A DNA stretch of 64,000 nucleotides from Acidobacteriota bacterium (GTDB lineage: Bacteria; Acidobacteriota; UBA6911). The notes under the pieces are model-generated. The model was not told where the DNA came from. It ran no database searches and worked only from the letters and a program-made list of their open reading frames with translations. The position numbers and the translations under genes were made by a program. Shown piece after piece: positions 10,525 to 20,822 of this stretch; position 1 is the first letter of the stretch, and every line of letters begins with the position of its first letter. The stretch covers positions 1,440,001-1,504,000 of the forward strand of contig OY761556.1 of assembly GCA_963664705.1 (NCBI GenBank). The letters run 5' to 3'.

Positions 10525-12008
10525 CGATGGGGCAGAGTATGGAACGAAGGCATGGACAAAGGATGAATCGATGGCAGGGGCTGTGGTGGCGGGGAATGAT
10601 CGTTGCGGGCATGGCCCTGGCGGCCGGGTGCGTGGTGGGCCCGGAGTACAAGCGCGTGGAGGTCCCGGTGCCGGCGGTGTACAAAGAGCCTCCTCCGCCC
10701 GAGTTCAAGGAGACCGATGGGTGGAAGCTGGCGCAGCCGAATGATGGCGCCCGCAAGGGGCACTGGTGGGAGATATTCAACAATGCCAGCCTGAATGCCC
10801 TGGAAGAGCAGGTCGACATATCCAACCAGAATGTGCTGCAGGCCGAAGCCGCATACCGGGCGTCACGCGAGGCCGTGCGGATTGCCCAGTCCGCCCTGAA
10901 GCCTTCAATCAGTGTGGCGCCGGCGATCACCGAAGCGCGGACCACGGGCGGGACGTCTTCCAACGGCTCACGGGCGACCCCACTGCTTTTCACCAGCTAC
11001 AACTTTCCGGCCGATGTTTCCTGGGCGCCCGATCTCTGGGGGAGCGTGCGGCGCAACGTGGCCGTCGCAAGCGCTAATTCACAGGCGCTGGCCGCGCAGC
11101 TCGAGAATATTCGCCTGCTCTACCAATCGGAGCTGGCGCAGGATTTTTTCAATCTGCATGGGCTGGATACCGAGAAGGATCTGCTCGAGCGCACCGTGAA
11201 GTCCTACCAGGAGTATCTGACCCTTACCCGCAACCGCTTTGCCGGCGGCGTGGCTTCCGATCTCGATGTCGCGCAGGCGGAGTCGCAGCTGGCGGCCACG
11301 CAATCGCAGTTGATCGATCTGGGAGTGGCGCGGGCACAATTCGAGCACGCCGTTGCCGTGCTGACCGGGAAGCCGCCCGCATCATTGTCTCTGGCTCCGG
11401 CCATGCTGGCCGCAGGTCCGCCGCCTGTCCCGGTCGGAGTGCCCTCAATGCTGCTCGAACGTCGACCGGATATCGCGCAAAGCGAGCGGCAGATGGCCGC
11501 CAGCAATGAATTGATCGGGATTGCCAGGGCCGCCTTTTTCCCTTCGCTGAACCTCAGCGGCACAGCCGGGTTTTCCAGTGCAAGCATTGCCACGTGGATC
11601 AGCTGGCCCAGCCGGATTTTCTCGATTGGCCCGCTGCTGTCGCAGACGGTGTTTGATGCCGGGCGTCGACGGGCTGCCCTGAATCAAACGCTCGATGCCT
11701 ATGATGCATCGGTGGCGGCTTATCGGCAGACAGTGCTGACCGCTTTCCAGCAGGTTGAGGACGGGCTGTCGACGCTGCGCATTTTGTCCGAGGAAGCGGT
11801 ACCGGTCCAGCAGGCAGCCAGCGCTGCGGAGCGCGCCCTGTTGATTTCGACGGAGCAGTACAAGGCCGGGACCGCCAGTTATCTTACGGTGATTACGGCT
11901 CAGGCCACGTTGTTGAATGCGCAGCGTGCTGCGGTTAACCTGTTGACTCGCCGTCTGGTTGCCACAGTCGCCCTCATCCAGTTTCTTGCGGGCGATATTA
12001 CCCGTTGA
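10521..12008 (+). CDS. Outer-membrane efflux lipoprotein (NodT/OprM family)
   Basis: Lipobox LAAGC-VVGPEY, WWEIF, LLERRPDIA, ARAAFFPSL. Start uncertain; ATG overlaps the mdtC stop. Confidence 0.9.
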   Translation: MTMGQSMERRHGQRMNRWQGLWWRGMIVAGMALAAGCVVGPEYKRVEVPVPAVYKEPPPPEFKETDGWKLAQPNDGARKGHWWEIFNNASLNALEEQVDISNQNVLQAEAAYRASREAVRIAQSALKPSISVAPAITEARTTGGTSSNGSRATPLLFTSYNFPADVSWAPDLWGSVRRNVAVASANSQALAAQLENIRLLYQSELAQDFFNLHGLDTEKDLLERTVKSYQEYLTLTRNRFAGGVASDLDVAQAESQLAATQSQLIDLGVARAQFEHAVAVLTGKPPASLSLAPAMLAAGPPPVPVGVPSMLLERRPDIAQSERQMAASNELIGIARAAFFPSLNLSGTAGFSSASIATWISWPSRIFSIGPLLSQTVFDAGRRRAALNQTLDAYDASVAAYRQTVLTAFQQVEDGLSTLRILSEEAVPVQQAASAAERALLISTEQYKAGTASYLTVITAQATLLNAQRAAVNLLTRRLVATVALIQFLAGDITR

Positions 12009-12230
12009 ACGTTTGGACGTTGAGACGTTGGACGTTTGGACGTTGGACGTTTGGACGTTAAACGTTGCACGTTAAACCTTGTATGTTGTTAGTCTAAGTC
12101 CAGCGTTCTAATTCAGCGTGTAACGTTGCACGTTCCCACATCCCAACGTCCAAACGTCCAACGTCGCAACGTCCAACGTGCAACGTTCCATCGTCCAACG
12201 TCCAACGTGCAACGTCCCAACGTTCAACGT
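12003..12230. repeat. Inverted pair of ACGT-core heptamer arrays between convergent genes
   Basis: ACGTT(T)GG units at 12003-12073 and CCAACGT units at ~12122-12230; both flanking genes end CGT-TGA inside the arrays. Confidence 0.9.
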
Positions 12231-12685
12231 ACATCCGCCCTTTGCGCAAGGACCGTGACGAAAGTACTGGGGTTGCTCGCCGATTGAGTTCTGCCGGAGT
12301 GCGGGGCGGGGAATTCCATCCCGATGTTCCAGTCTTCAAAGAACCAATAGCGGAGCGCTTCAGGTTCCCCGGATCCGCGCCGTTCAAAGGTCACGATCGC
12401 AGCGCGGTCCGTTTCCGGCCTGCGTGCCGCTGCTCCCATGATGAACCCTTCCCACTTGCCGCGATCCACGCTGTAAATCTTCATCAGGCGCAGGGTTACC
12501 TCGTTTGGACACCGCTGGAGAATATAGGATCCGGCGGGGAACACCGCTGAACCGATTTGAACCGACTGGTCGAAATAGATCGCTGTCGGCCAGCTTACAT
12601 CTTCTGCCTTCGCGGCCGGTACAAGCACGGAAAGAACAGTCATAAGGCACGCTGCAACCGCAAATCCTTTCAGGCAATTCTTCAT
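12224..12685 (-). CDS. Small secreted hypothetical protein
   Basis: MKNCLK… signal peptide ending AKA, AAGGGG RBS; motif PEALRYWF…GMEF. Confidence 0.75.
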   Translation of the reverse strand: MKNCLKGFAVAACLMTVLSVLVPAAKAEDVSWPTAIYFDQSVQIGSAVFPAGSYILQRCPNEVTLRLMKIYSVDRGKWEGFIMGAAARRPETDRAAIVTFERRGSGEPEALRYWFFEDWNIGMEFPAPHSGRTQSASNPSTFVTVLAQRADVR

Positions 12686-13045
12686 CTTAGAATCCCCTTT
12701 CTCATACAACAATTATGAAAGTAGATATCAAAATAGATGTAAGTGTTCAATGGTAATATTTTATGTCTTTATCAATTAGGTGCAAAAATGCGCCTTTTTT
12801 GCTTCCCCCGGGATGCCTTTTAGGATCATTATGTAAGGTTGTGTATTGATCAAAATACACGGCACGACGGCAGTGCCACTTCACAAGCTGCGCTTTACGG
12901 ACACGAGTAGGTTCTCCATAACACAACCTGCGCGGTGGCGTTCATAGCCAAAACTGCGGAATTCGTCTGTCCGGAGGTCTGTCCGGGCGTCGAGCCTCGC
13001 GCATCGATATCGATTTATACAAATTACTCAAGAAGGGAACCGATC

Positions 13046-15178
13046 ATGGCGGAATCGAACTATACAAAGCTGGATGCATTTTTCAATCCTACTTCCATTG
13101 CAGTCGTGGGGGCTTCAACCAAGCCGCATACGGTCGGCAACGACCTTTTGCGCAATCTTATCTTTCACGAGTTCAACGGATCGGTTTATCCGATCAATCC
13201 GAAGGCCCAATCGATATTGGGCATCCATGCCTATCCCAGTCTGAAGGATCTCCCGGCGCCGGTGGATCTCATCTGTGTCGCGGTGCCGGCGCAGACTGTT
13301 CTGGAGGTGGTGCGGCAGGCGTCTGAAATCGGTGTGAAAGCGATGGTGCTGCTTTCGGCCGGGTTCAAGGAGTCGGGCCAGGAAGGGATCGAGCTGGAGC
13401 AGAAGCTGCGGCGGGCGGTGCGGGATGCGGGGATTGCGCTCATCGGGCCCAATTGCCTGGGCATCATCAACACGGACCCGCGGGCCAGTCTCAATGCCAC
13501 GTTTGCCCGCAAGATGCCGCATGCGGGGAACCTGGCGTTCATTTCGCAGAGCGGGGCGCTCTGCACCTCGGTGCTCGACTATGCCGAGGAGCGGCGGATG
13601 GGATTCAGCAAGTTTGTGAGTTTCGGCAACAAGGCCGACGTCAATGAAATCGATCTGCTTTCCTATCTGGCGGAGGACGAGAACACGCATGTCATCGCGA
13701 TGTACCTGGAGGACATCAGCAACGGTCGGGCATTTATCGAGACGGCTCGGGAAGTTTTCTGGCGCACGGGCAAGCCGATGCTTTGCCTCAAATCCGGGCG
13801 TTCGCCGGAGGGGGCGAAGGCGGTGAGCAGCCACACCGGCTCGCTGGCGGGATCGGACAACGTTTACGATGCCATCATGATGCAAAGCGGTGTGGAGCGT
13901 GTGGACAAGATTTCCGAGCTGTTCGACTATGCGGCGCTTTACACGACGCAGCCAATGCCGAAGGGGAATCGGTTGGCCATTATCACCAATGCCGGCGGCC
14001 CGGGGATTATGGCGACGGATGCCGCGGTGCGTGCCGGCCTGAAGCTGGCCACCTTGTCGGCCGCCACGAAGGACAAACTGCGTTCGGGGCTTCCGGCTGC
14101 GGCGGCGCTGGGTAATCCGGTGGATGTGATCGGCGATGCCCGCGCCGATCGTTACCAGGTGGCGGTGCGCACGGTGCTGGAGGATCCGGATGTCGACATG
14201 GGGCTGGTGATCCTGACTCCGCAGTCGATGACGGAGATCGAGGGGACGGCCAGGATTATCCCGGAAGCGCTGCGGGGGTTGAACAAACCGGTCGCCTGCT
14301 CCTTCATGGGGGCCAGGGATGTTACGGCGGGCGTGGAACTCCTGCGGGGCGCCGGCGTTCCCAATTATCCTTTTCCGGAGGATGCGGTGCTGGCGCTGGC
14401 GGCGGCCGAGCGTCTGTCGTCCACGCTGGAAATGGCCGATCGGGAGGAAGTGACGTTCAAGGATCACGACGTGGCCCGGGCTCGGCGCATTGTCGCGGAC
14501 GCGCTGGCGGGGCGCGAGGAAAAATACCTGACGCAATCCGAGTGCCGTCCGCTGCTGGAATGCTATCAATTTCCGCTGCTCTTCAGCCGCATGGCGACGA
14601 GTGCGGAAGAAGCGTCCGGAATTGTCGAGCAGTTCGGGCGTACCGTCGTGATGAAGATCATGTCGCCGGACGTCGTCCACAAGCTGGATGCGGGCGGGGT
14701 TTTGCTCGGCATCCGCGGGGCGGAAGAGGCAGCCAACGCCTACAACCGGATTGTGACAAACGTAAAACAATCCGTTCCGAACGCTCAGATTCAGGGTGTT
14801 CTGATTGAAGAAATGGCTTCGAAGGGGGTGGAGGTCATCCTGGGTGCGACAAAAGATCCGAGGTTCGGGTCGCTGCTCATGTTCGGACTGGGCGGCTCTT
14901 TTGTCGAGGTGTTCAAGGATGTGACATTTCGGCTGGCGCCCATGTGGCGTGCCTCCGCGCACCGGATGGTGCAGCAGATCCGCGCCTTCAAAATCCTGAC
15001 GGGAGTGCGCGGCGCGCCGCCGTCCGATCTGTCGGCGCTGGAGGATGTCCTGCTGAGGCTTTCCGCGCTGGTGGTCGATAACCCGGAGATATCCGAACTG
15101 GATATCAACCCGCTGATCGTCCACCCGGAAGGGCAGGGCTGCTCCGTTGCCGACAGCCGCATCCTGCTAAAACGTTGA
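13046..15178 (+). CDS. Acetate/acyl-CoA ligase (ADP-forming), fused alpha-beta
   Basis: CoA-binding FNPTSIAVVGAS, IGPNCLG, SQSGAL, phospho-His SHTGSLAG, C-terminal ATP-grasp ELDINPL; no GNAT domain. Confidence 0.9.
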   Translation: MAESNYTKLDAFFNPTSIAVVGASTKPHTVGNDLLRNLIFHEFNGSVYPINPKAQSILGIHAYPSLKDLPAPVDLICVAVPAQTVLEVVRQASEIGVKAMVLLSAGFKESGQEGIELEQKLRRAVRDAGIALIGPNCLGIINTDPRASLNATFARKMPHAGNLAFISQSGALCTSVLDYAEERRMGFSKFVSFGNKADVNEIDLLSYLAEDENTHVIAMYLEDISNGRAFIETAREVFWRTGKPMLCLKSGRSPEGAKAVSSHTGSLAGSDNVYDAIMMQSGVERVDKISELFDYAALYTTQPMPKGNRLAIITNAGGPGIMATDAAVRAGLKLATLSAATKDKLRSGLPAAAALGNPVDVIGDARADRYQVAVRTVLEDPDVDMGLVILTPQSMTEIEGTARIIPEALRGLNKPVACSFMGARDVTAGVELLRGAGVPNYPFPEDAVLALAAAERLSSTLEMADREEVTFKDHDVARARRIVADALAGREEKYLTQSECRPLLECYQFPLLFSRMATSAEEASGIVEQFGRTVVMKIMSPDVVHKLDAGGVLLGIRGAEEAANAYNRIVTNVKQSVPNAQIQGVLIEEMASKGVEVILGATKDPRFGSLLMFGLGGSFVEVFKDVTFRLAPMWRASAHRMVQQIRAFKILTGVRGAPPSDLSALEDVLLRLSALVVDNPEISELDINPLIVHPEGQGCSVADSRILLKR

Positions 15179-15447
15179 GACGTTGGACGTGGGGACGTTG
15201 CACGTTGGACGTTGGGACGTTGGACGATGGGCCGTTAGCCGTTGGGACGTTGGACGTTAAGCCATTGCACGTTCCCACGTCCTACGTCCAAACGCCCAAC
15301 GTCCAACGTGCAACGTGCAACGTCCCAACGTGCAACGTCCCCAACGTCCAACGTTCCAACGTTTCCACGTCCAACGTCCCAACGTCTAACGTCCAACGTT
15401 CCAAACGTGCAACGTCCAACGTTCCAACGTTTCCCGCGTCCAACGTC
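15171..15447. repeat. Inverted pair of ACGT-core heptamer arrays with ~8-bp spacer
   Basis: ACGTTGG units at 15171-15258, CCAACGT units at 15267-15447. Confidence 0.9.
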
Positions 15448-15482
15448 TGTGATAACCTATTTCTTTCGAGGAAAAGTGCTTC

Positions 15483-17687
15483 ATGGTATACGTGCCCTAT
15501 TCGTTGAATTCGGTGCAGCCCGGCTCGGACCTGTTGGAGAAAATCGGCGCGGGACTGCCTCCCGCCGACGAGGCGCGGCTTCGTCGCGCGGCCGAATTTA
15601 TCGCGCCGATTTATGCCGGCAAGACCCTGGGGACGGGGGAGGAAATTTCGCGGCATGTTTTCGGCATGGCGTTGATCACAGCCGCGTTGAGGCTGGATGC
15701 GGACACGCGCATCGCGGCACTGCTCTTTGCCGTGCCGCAGTTGAATCCCGGGGCGCACGAGCGGATCCGGCAGGAATTCAACCCGCACGTTGACGGGCTT
15801 GTCGACGGGCTGCATCGGCTGAATGGCTTGCGTCTCATCGCTCCATCGCCGGCCTCGAGCCTCCGCGATGTCCGGACGCAGCCGGAAGTTCTGCGCAAGA
15901 TGGTGTTGGCTCTGGTGGAGGACATCCGCGTAGTGCTTCTACGCCTGGCCAGCCGGACCCAGACGCTGCGGTATTACATCGACAACCCCTGTGCCGAACG
16001 GGAGGAAACGGCGCGGGAGTCCCTGGATATCTATGCGCCGCTGGCCAACCGATTGGGTGTGTGGGAAATCAAATGGGAAATCGAAGATTTGAGTTTCCGT
16101 TTTCTCGACCCGGACACTTACCGGCAGATTGCGCGTCAGGTCGATGAGCGGCGCCAGGAGCGCGAGCTTTTCATTGCGCAGGCCATCGCGCTGCTGAAGG
16201 AGCAGTGCGAGTCGGTTGGGATCAAAGCGGAGATTTACGGCAGGCCGAAGCATTTTTACAGCATCTGGAAGAAGATGCGCGCCAAGCAGGTCCCGCTCGA
16301 GCAGGTCTATGATATCCGCGCGATCCGCGTAATTGTCGACCAGGTTCGCGATTGCTATACCGTGCTTGGTATCGTGCACCAGATGTGGACGCCGGTTGCC
16401 AAGGAATTCGACGACTACATTACGAAACCCAAGGGGAACCTTTACCAGTCGCTCCACACGGCGGTGATGGCCGAGGACCGTCGTCCGCTCGAAGTGCAGA
16501 TCCGCACATGGGAAATGCATGAGCATGCCGAGCTGGGCGTGGCCGCGCACTGGCGCTACAAGGAAGGGACTCGCGCGACCGGCAAAAAGGATGCCTATGA
16601 TGACAAGGTCGCGCTGCTGCGCGAACTGCTTTCGTGGCGCGACGAAATTGCGGACGCGTCCAACTGGATCGAGCAGTTTAAGCGGGCCGCGCTGGACGAT
16701 ACGATTTATATCATGACGCCGCAAGGCCGCGTTGTCGACCTGCCCCGCGGTGCCACGCCGATCGATTTTGCTTACTGTGTCCATACTGAAATCGGAAACC
16801 GGTGCCGTGGCGCCAAAGTGGATGGTGTTTTGGTGGCGCTGAATAAGCCACTGATGTCCGGGCAGACCGTTGAAATCGTGGCAGCCAAACAAGGAGGGCC
16901 GTCGCGCGACTGGCTCAACCCCCAGCTCGGCTATGTCCAGACGTCCAGGGCACGTCACAAGATCAAACAGTATTTTACCGCGCTCGATGAATCGCAGACG
17001 ATGGCGGACGGGCGCGGCGCTGTGCTGCGCGAACTGCAGCGCGAGGGGGCCACGCAGTCCAATATTGAGGATCTCGGGAAGAAACTTGGATATGACGGTG
17101 CCGAGGCCATGTTCCTTGCAGCCGGCCGCGGCGAGCTGAGCGCGCGCGCCATCCAGCAGGCACTGCGACCCGAGGACGAAAAGCAGGAGGCGGCCCCGGA
17201 GTTCGTGCCGCGCAAAAGCAAAGCCGGGAAAAATGACGGGCTGCTCATTGTCGGCATGGATAAGCTGCTGACCCAGTTGGGACGCTGCTGCAAACCAGCC
17301 CCGCCTGATCCGATCCAGGGATATATTACGCGCGGCAAGGGGATTTCCATTCATCGGACGCAATGTCCGAACTTTGCCGGGATGGCACGCCTGAACCCGG
17401 AGCGCGTGATTGCTGCCGACTGGGGCGAGGCACAGGCGCAACAAACGGGTGGAGCCGCCTATCCGGTCGACATTATCGTCGATTGCGCCGACCGCACGGG
17501 ATTACTGCGCGATATTACCGAGGTGCTTTCCAGGGAATCCATCAATGTGACCTCGGTCAATACGATGACGCGGCAGGGAACGGCTAGCCTGCACTTCACG
17601 ATCGAGGTCACCGGCATCGCGCAGCTTCAGCGCGCATTGATGCTGATCGGCGATGTCCCGTCGGTGATCACCGCCCGCCGCGTCTGA
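15483..17687 (+). CDS. relA: (p)ppGpp synthetase RelA-type (long RSH with TGS and ACT domains)
   Basis: IYAPLANRLG, GRPKH, YDIRA, EFDDY, YQSLHT, EVQIRT, AAHWRYKE, TGS (TPIDFAY), C-terminal ACT (DRTGLLRDI). Confidence 0.93.
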   Translation: MVYVPYSLNSVQPGSDLLEKIGAGLPPADEARLRRAAEFIAPIYAGKTLGTGEEISRHVFGMALITAALRLDADTRIAALLFAVPQLNPGAHERIRQEFNPHVDGLVDGLHRLNGLRLIAPSPASSLRDVRTQPEVLRKMVLALVEDIRVVLLRLASRTQTLRYYIDNPCAEREETARESLDIYAPLANRLGVWEIKWEIEDLSFRFLDPDTYRQIARQVDERRQERELFIAQAIALLKEQCESVGIKAEIYGRPKHFYSIWKKMRAKQVPLEQVYDIRAIRVIVDQVRDCYTVLGIVHQMWTPVAKEFDDYITKPKGNLYQSLHTAVMAEDRRPLEVQIRTWEMHEHAELGVAAHWRYKEGTRATGKKDAYDDKVALLRELLSWRDEIADASNWIEQFKRAALDDTIYIMTPQGRVVDLPRGATPIDFAYCVHTEIGNRCRGAKVDGVLVALNKPLMSGQTVEIVAAKQGGPSRDWLNPQLGYVQTSRARHKIKQYFTALDESQTMADGRGAVLRELQREGATQSNIEDLGKKLGYDGAEAMFLAAGRGELSARAIQQALRPEDEKQEAAPEFVPRKSKAGKNDGLLIVGMDKLLTQLGRCCKPAPPDPIQGYITRGKGISIHRTQCPNFAGMARLNPERVIAADWGEAQAQQTGGAAYPVDIIVDCADRTGLLRDITEVLSRESINVTSVNTMTRQGTASLHFTIEVTGIAQLQRALMLIGDVPSVITARRV

Positions 17688-18780
17688 TCCGCGCTTCCGG
17701 GGTTCCGGGCAAATAATGTGCGACATTGGGCGTCTTGCCGACAAGGGCGTGGACGCTTCCATCGCGCCGATGTCGACGGGATGGCCAATGCCACATATTG
17801 ATTGTTCTAATCGCTGTGACGCGAGGGAAGCAACCGGCCCGGCGCCCGAAAGAACGTAGCCGGGGCTGATGCCTTGCGATTGTGCTTTAGCTCTTCGGTC
17901 TGGGTCTGATTCGCGGTTCCGGCTTCCTCGGATAAATAATGTGTGACATTGGGCGTCTGGCCGGCAAGGGCGTGGACGCTTCCATCGCGCCGATGTCGAC
18001 GGGATGAGCAATGCTGCATATTAATTGTTCTAAGCGCTGTGATGCGAGGGAAGCAACCGGCGCGGAGGGCCCGAAAGAACGTAGCCGGGGCTAGGCTTTC
18101 GTGATGCCTTGCGATTGTGCATTAGCTCTTCGGTCTGGGTCTGATCCTCGGTTCCGGCTTCCTCAGATAAATAATGTGCGACATTGGGCGTCTGGCCGGC
18201 AAGGGCGTGGACGCTTCCATAGCGCCGGTGTCGACGGGATGGCCAATGCCACATATTATTTGCTCTAAGCGCTGTGACGCGAGGGAAACAACAGGCCCGG
18301 AGGGCCCAAAAGAACGTAGCCGGGGGTGAAGCGAACCCCCGGCATAGATAAGCGGGAGAAAGAGCCCCGGCTAGGGGCGAAAGATCAGCATTCTGCCGCC
18401 CCGCTGGGGCTTGTTACATGCCTAATCCAATCCGGGGGTTCGCTTCGCTTCACCCCCGGCTACGTTCTGACCGCCCCTGCCGGGGCTGATGCCTTGCGAT
18501 TGTGCATTAGCTTTTCGGTCTGGGTCTGATTCGCGGTTCCGGCTTCCTCGGGCAAATAATGTGTGACATTGGGCGTCTGGCCGACAAGGGCGTGGACGCT
18601 TCCATCGTGCCGATGTCGACGGGATGGCCAATGCCACATATTATTTGCTCCAAGCGCTGTGACGCGAGGGAAGCAACCAGCCCGGAGGGCCCGAAAGAAC
18701 GTAGCCGGGGGTGAAGCGAAGCGAACCCCCGGTATAGATAAGCGGGAGAAAGAGCCCCGGCTAGGGGCGAAAGATCAGCA
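17682..18780. repeat. Composite tandem array of four ~223-385-bp units containing REP elements (BIME-like)
   Basis: Unit marker AAATAATGTG at 17711, 17934, 18169 and 18554. Full REPs at 18316-18342 (+), 18432-18463 (-) and 18701-18732 (+); truncated REPs at 17856 and 18081. Confidence 0.9.
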
Positions 18781-18962
18781 CGGCGGCGTTTTCACGTGCT
18801 CCCCGTAATTTTTGGGGTTGACAATCGCGATAATTACTATTAATTAAATACCACGATGTGGTACTGAGGTGATTGAGAAGGAAACCACTTCTCCGACGGT
18901 TGTGGGGGCCGTAGAGGTGGCTGGATTTCATGAACCTCGAGTAACTGTTGTTAGGTGCCTGC

Positions 18963-19002
18963 GCCGGGACTGCAACCCATCGGTGGTCCCGGCCATTTTT
19001 TT
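18963..19002 (+). terminator. Rho-independent terminator
   Basis: GCCGGGAC…GTCCCGGC stem followed by T7 on the + strand. Confidence 0.65.
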
Positions 19003-19005
19003 GCC

Positions 19006-19911
19006 CTACGCGGCCGCGATCATGCGGGTTCGAATCCAGCATCCGATCCTGGCCAGAATTCCCGCCACAAATCCTGAAAACACCGAGATGACGATCATCG
19101 AGATGAGGATGCTCTCGGCCGTGTCCTCCACAGGGTTCCCGTAGCGCGCCGTATCCCCGGCCGCAATGAAGGCATGCCGGAGCGGCAGGTTCCAGTAGTT
19201 GGCCGATATCTGCAGCCACATAAGCCCGCCGACCAGGGCAAACGCGATCCACATGGATAGGGATACGATGAGGCCGTTGGTCCACTTCCGCTTGCTATAG
19301 GCGATGCATCCGCAGATTACGGTCACGATTGGCATTCCGAAAGTGAACCATAGGCAGCCGGCGAAACATCCCAGTCCGATCAGAGGGGCCAGCGGGGCAT
19401 AGCGGGAATTGCTTTTTAAAGGGGTGTGGATCAGGCTGTTGTGGATGTCGGCATGAGAGCAGTCGGCCCAGATCTTCCAGCCGGCGTCCGGCAATTTCTT
19501 ATAGATCACGGCATATTCGAATACGCGTCTCTCCGGTCTGACGGCGGCATCCAAAACCATGCTGCCATGCGCCCAGGCCAGGTCTCCGGCGTCCGCCACC
19601 TCGACTCTATTCGAGCTCGCGCGCAGGGTCAGGCCGGGCGTGGCGAAAATGGATTTCCAGCTTTCCCGGATCCTGCTTTTCCCGCGAATGATCGGGTTGT
19701 GTTCGTCATACAGCGCGCCATTGTCCGCATACAGGGCGACCAGGGCATCGAGATCTTTGGTCGTGAGGGCTTGGGAATGCTTTGCCTGCAGCTCGCGGAC
19801 GATGTGCTCATCGCTTGTCCGCATTTCCACCGAGGCTTCTTTGGGAGAGCAGGAGCAGATGCCCAGGAGAACCAGGCAAAGCAGAACAATGCGCGAAGAG
19901 TGCATAGCCAT
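19006..19911 (-). CDS. SnoaL/DUF4440 (NTF2-like) domain protein fused to C-terminal membrane domain
   Basis: Lipoprotein-like N-terminus, DLDALVALYADN…GDLAW…DAGWKI, then 3-4 TM helices. Confidence 0.7.
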   Translation of the reverse strand: MAMHSSRIVLLCLVLLGICSCSPKEASVEMRTSDEHIVRELQAKHSQALTTKDLDALVALYADNGALYDEHNPIIRGKSRIRESWKSIFATPGLTLRASSNRVEVADAGDLAWAHGSMVLDAAVRPERRVFEYAVIYKKLPDAGWKIWADCSHADIHNSLIHTPLKSNSRYAPLAPLIGLGCFAGCLWFTFGMPIVTVICGCIAYSKRKWTNGLIVSLSMWIAFALVGGLMWLQISANYWNLPLRHAFIAAGDTARYGNPVEDTAESILISMIVISVFSGFVAGILARIGCWIRTRMIAAA

Positions 19912-19969
19912 ACCTCCGGATTTTTACGGGGCAGCGCTATTGCCACAAATCCTACGGATGGCGCTGCCG

Positions 19970-20209
19970 CTAGAGCGAAGACAACTGCCCGTCTATGTGG
20001 AGCAGCATTTGTTTCAGCAATTCCTGATACCGCGGATTGCGCGCGGAATCCATTTCCTGGAGAATTCGTGCGCGCTGAAGCTGCAATCCTTCCCGTTTCT
20101 GCCGCAATTCTATGTTGACTGCTGAATGAGGGGAGGAAGATTGGTTTGAATCCATTCGTGCGTCCTCTATCTGCTGTTCTACGGATTTGCTTTCCCAGCC
20201 TCTGGCCAT
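19970..20209 (-). CDS. Small coiled-coil hypothetical protein (MARGWESKSVE)
   Basis: 79-aa ORF with plausible composition; N-terminus recalled from Acidobacteria hypotheticals (not verified). Confidence 0.7.
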   Translation of the reverse strand: MARGWESKSVEQQIEDARMDSNQSSSPHSAVNIELRQKREGLQLQRARILQEMDSARNPRYQELLKQMLLHIDGQLSSL

Positions 20210-20260
20210 AATCGATTCTACGCGAGTTTGAGGAAAATTGTTTCAGTTTCTGCAGATTGA

Positions 20261-20593
20261 TTATCCCCGCCGGGCAATTCGAGGTCCCCGATGGCGATGA
20301 TAATCGAAAATCACGGCTCGGTCTCCCGTAGACCGGCAGAGAAAGCACTCCAGATTCTCAGGAAGCTCCCGGTACGAACACGTCACCATGTGGGAGGAAC
20401 TGAATGGGTAGCTGTCCTTTTCGTCGACCAGGTAGCAATAGTCAAAGTCTGCCGGGTCATAGCCCGCGGCAGTGAGGTGGTCTCCGATTTCTTTTTTTGA
20501 ATTGGATTCGGGAATGCCTTTGGGCGAGGCTTTCCTGGATTTCCACTTTCCAAGCTCAAGGAGGATCTTTCTGCCTGAGAATGCTGCCGTCAT
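20261..20593 (-). CDS. Hypothetical protein
   Basis: Lower-GC ORF in a gap, codirectional with its neighbours; start uncertain. Confidence 0.45.
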   Translation of the reverse strand: MTAAFSGRKILLELGKWKSRKASPKGIPESNSKKEIGDHLTAAGYDPADFDYCYLVDEKDSYPFSSSHMVTCSYRELPENLECFLCRSTGDRAVIFDYHRHRGPRIARRG

Positions 20594-20822
20594 AGGAATC
20601 AACTTTTCTAAATAATTTCTAATTCTAACCAGCAAGAACGCAAAAGAAAGGAAATCGCCTACCGAATGTCAAAAAATTGTCAAAATTTGTGGACCGCTCA
20701 AAAAACGGCTGCATCCATCCTTGGGCCAAAAAATCACGTATCCACTTCAGGGACAAGCGTTTATAATGAATTATCTGATAGTGCTTTCCACAATGCAGGA
20801 TAGATATAATTAGAGGATACTT

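Noticed and set aside
13046-15178. Protein lysine acetyltransferase (Pat/PatZ)
   Set aside because: No GNAT domain, and the catalytic His (SHTG) is retained, consistent with an ADP-forming ligase.
18849-18958. SRP RNA or tRNA
   Set aside because: No SRP domain IV GNRA/GGAA-AGCAG motif and no cloverleaf or T-loop; kept only as an unassigned sRNA candidate.
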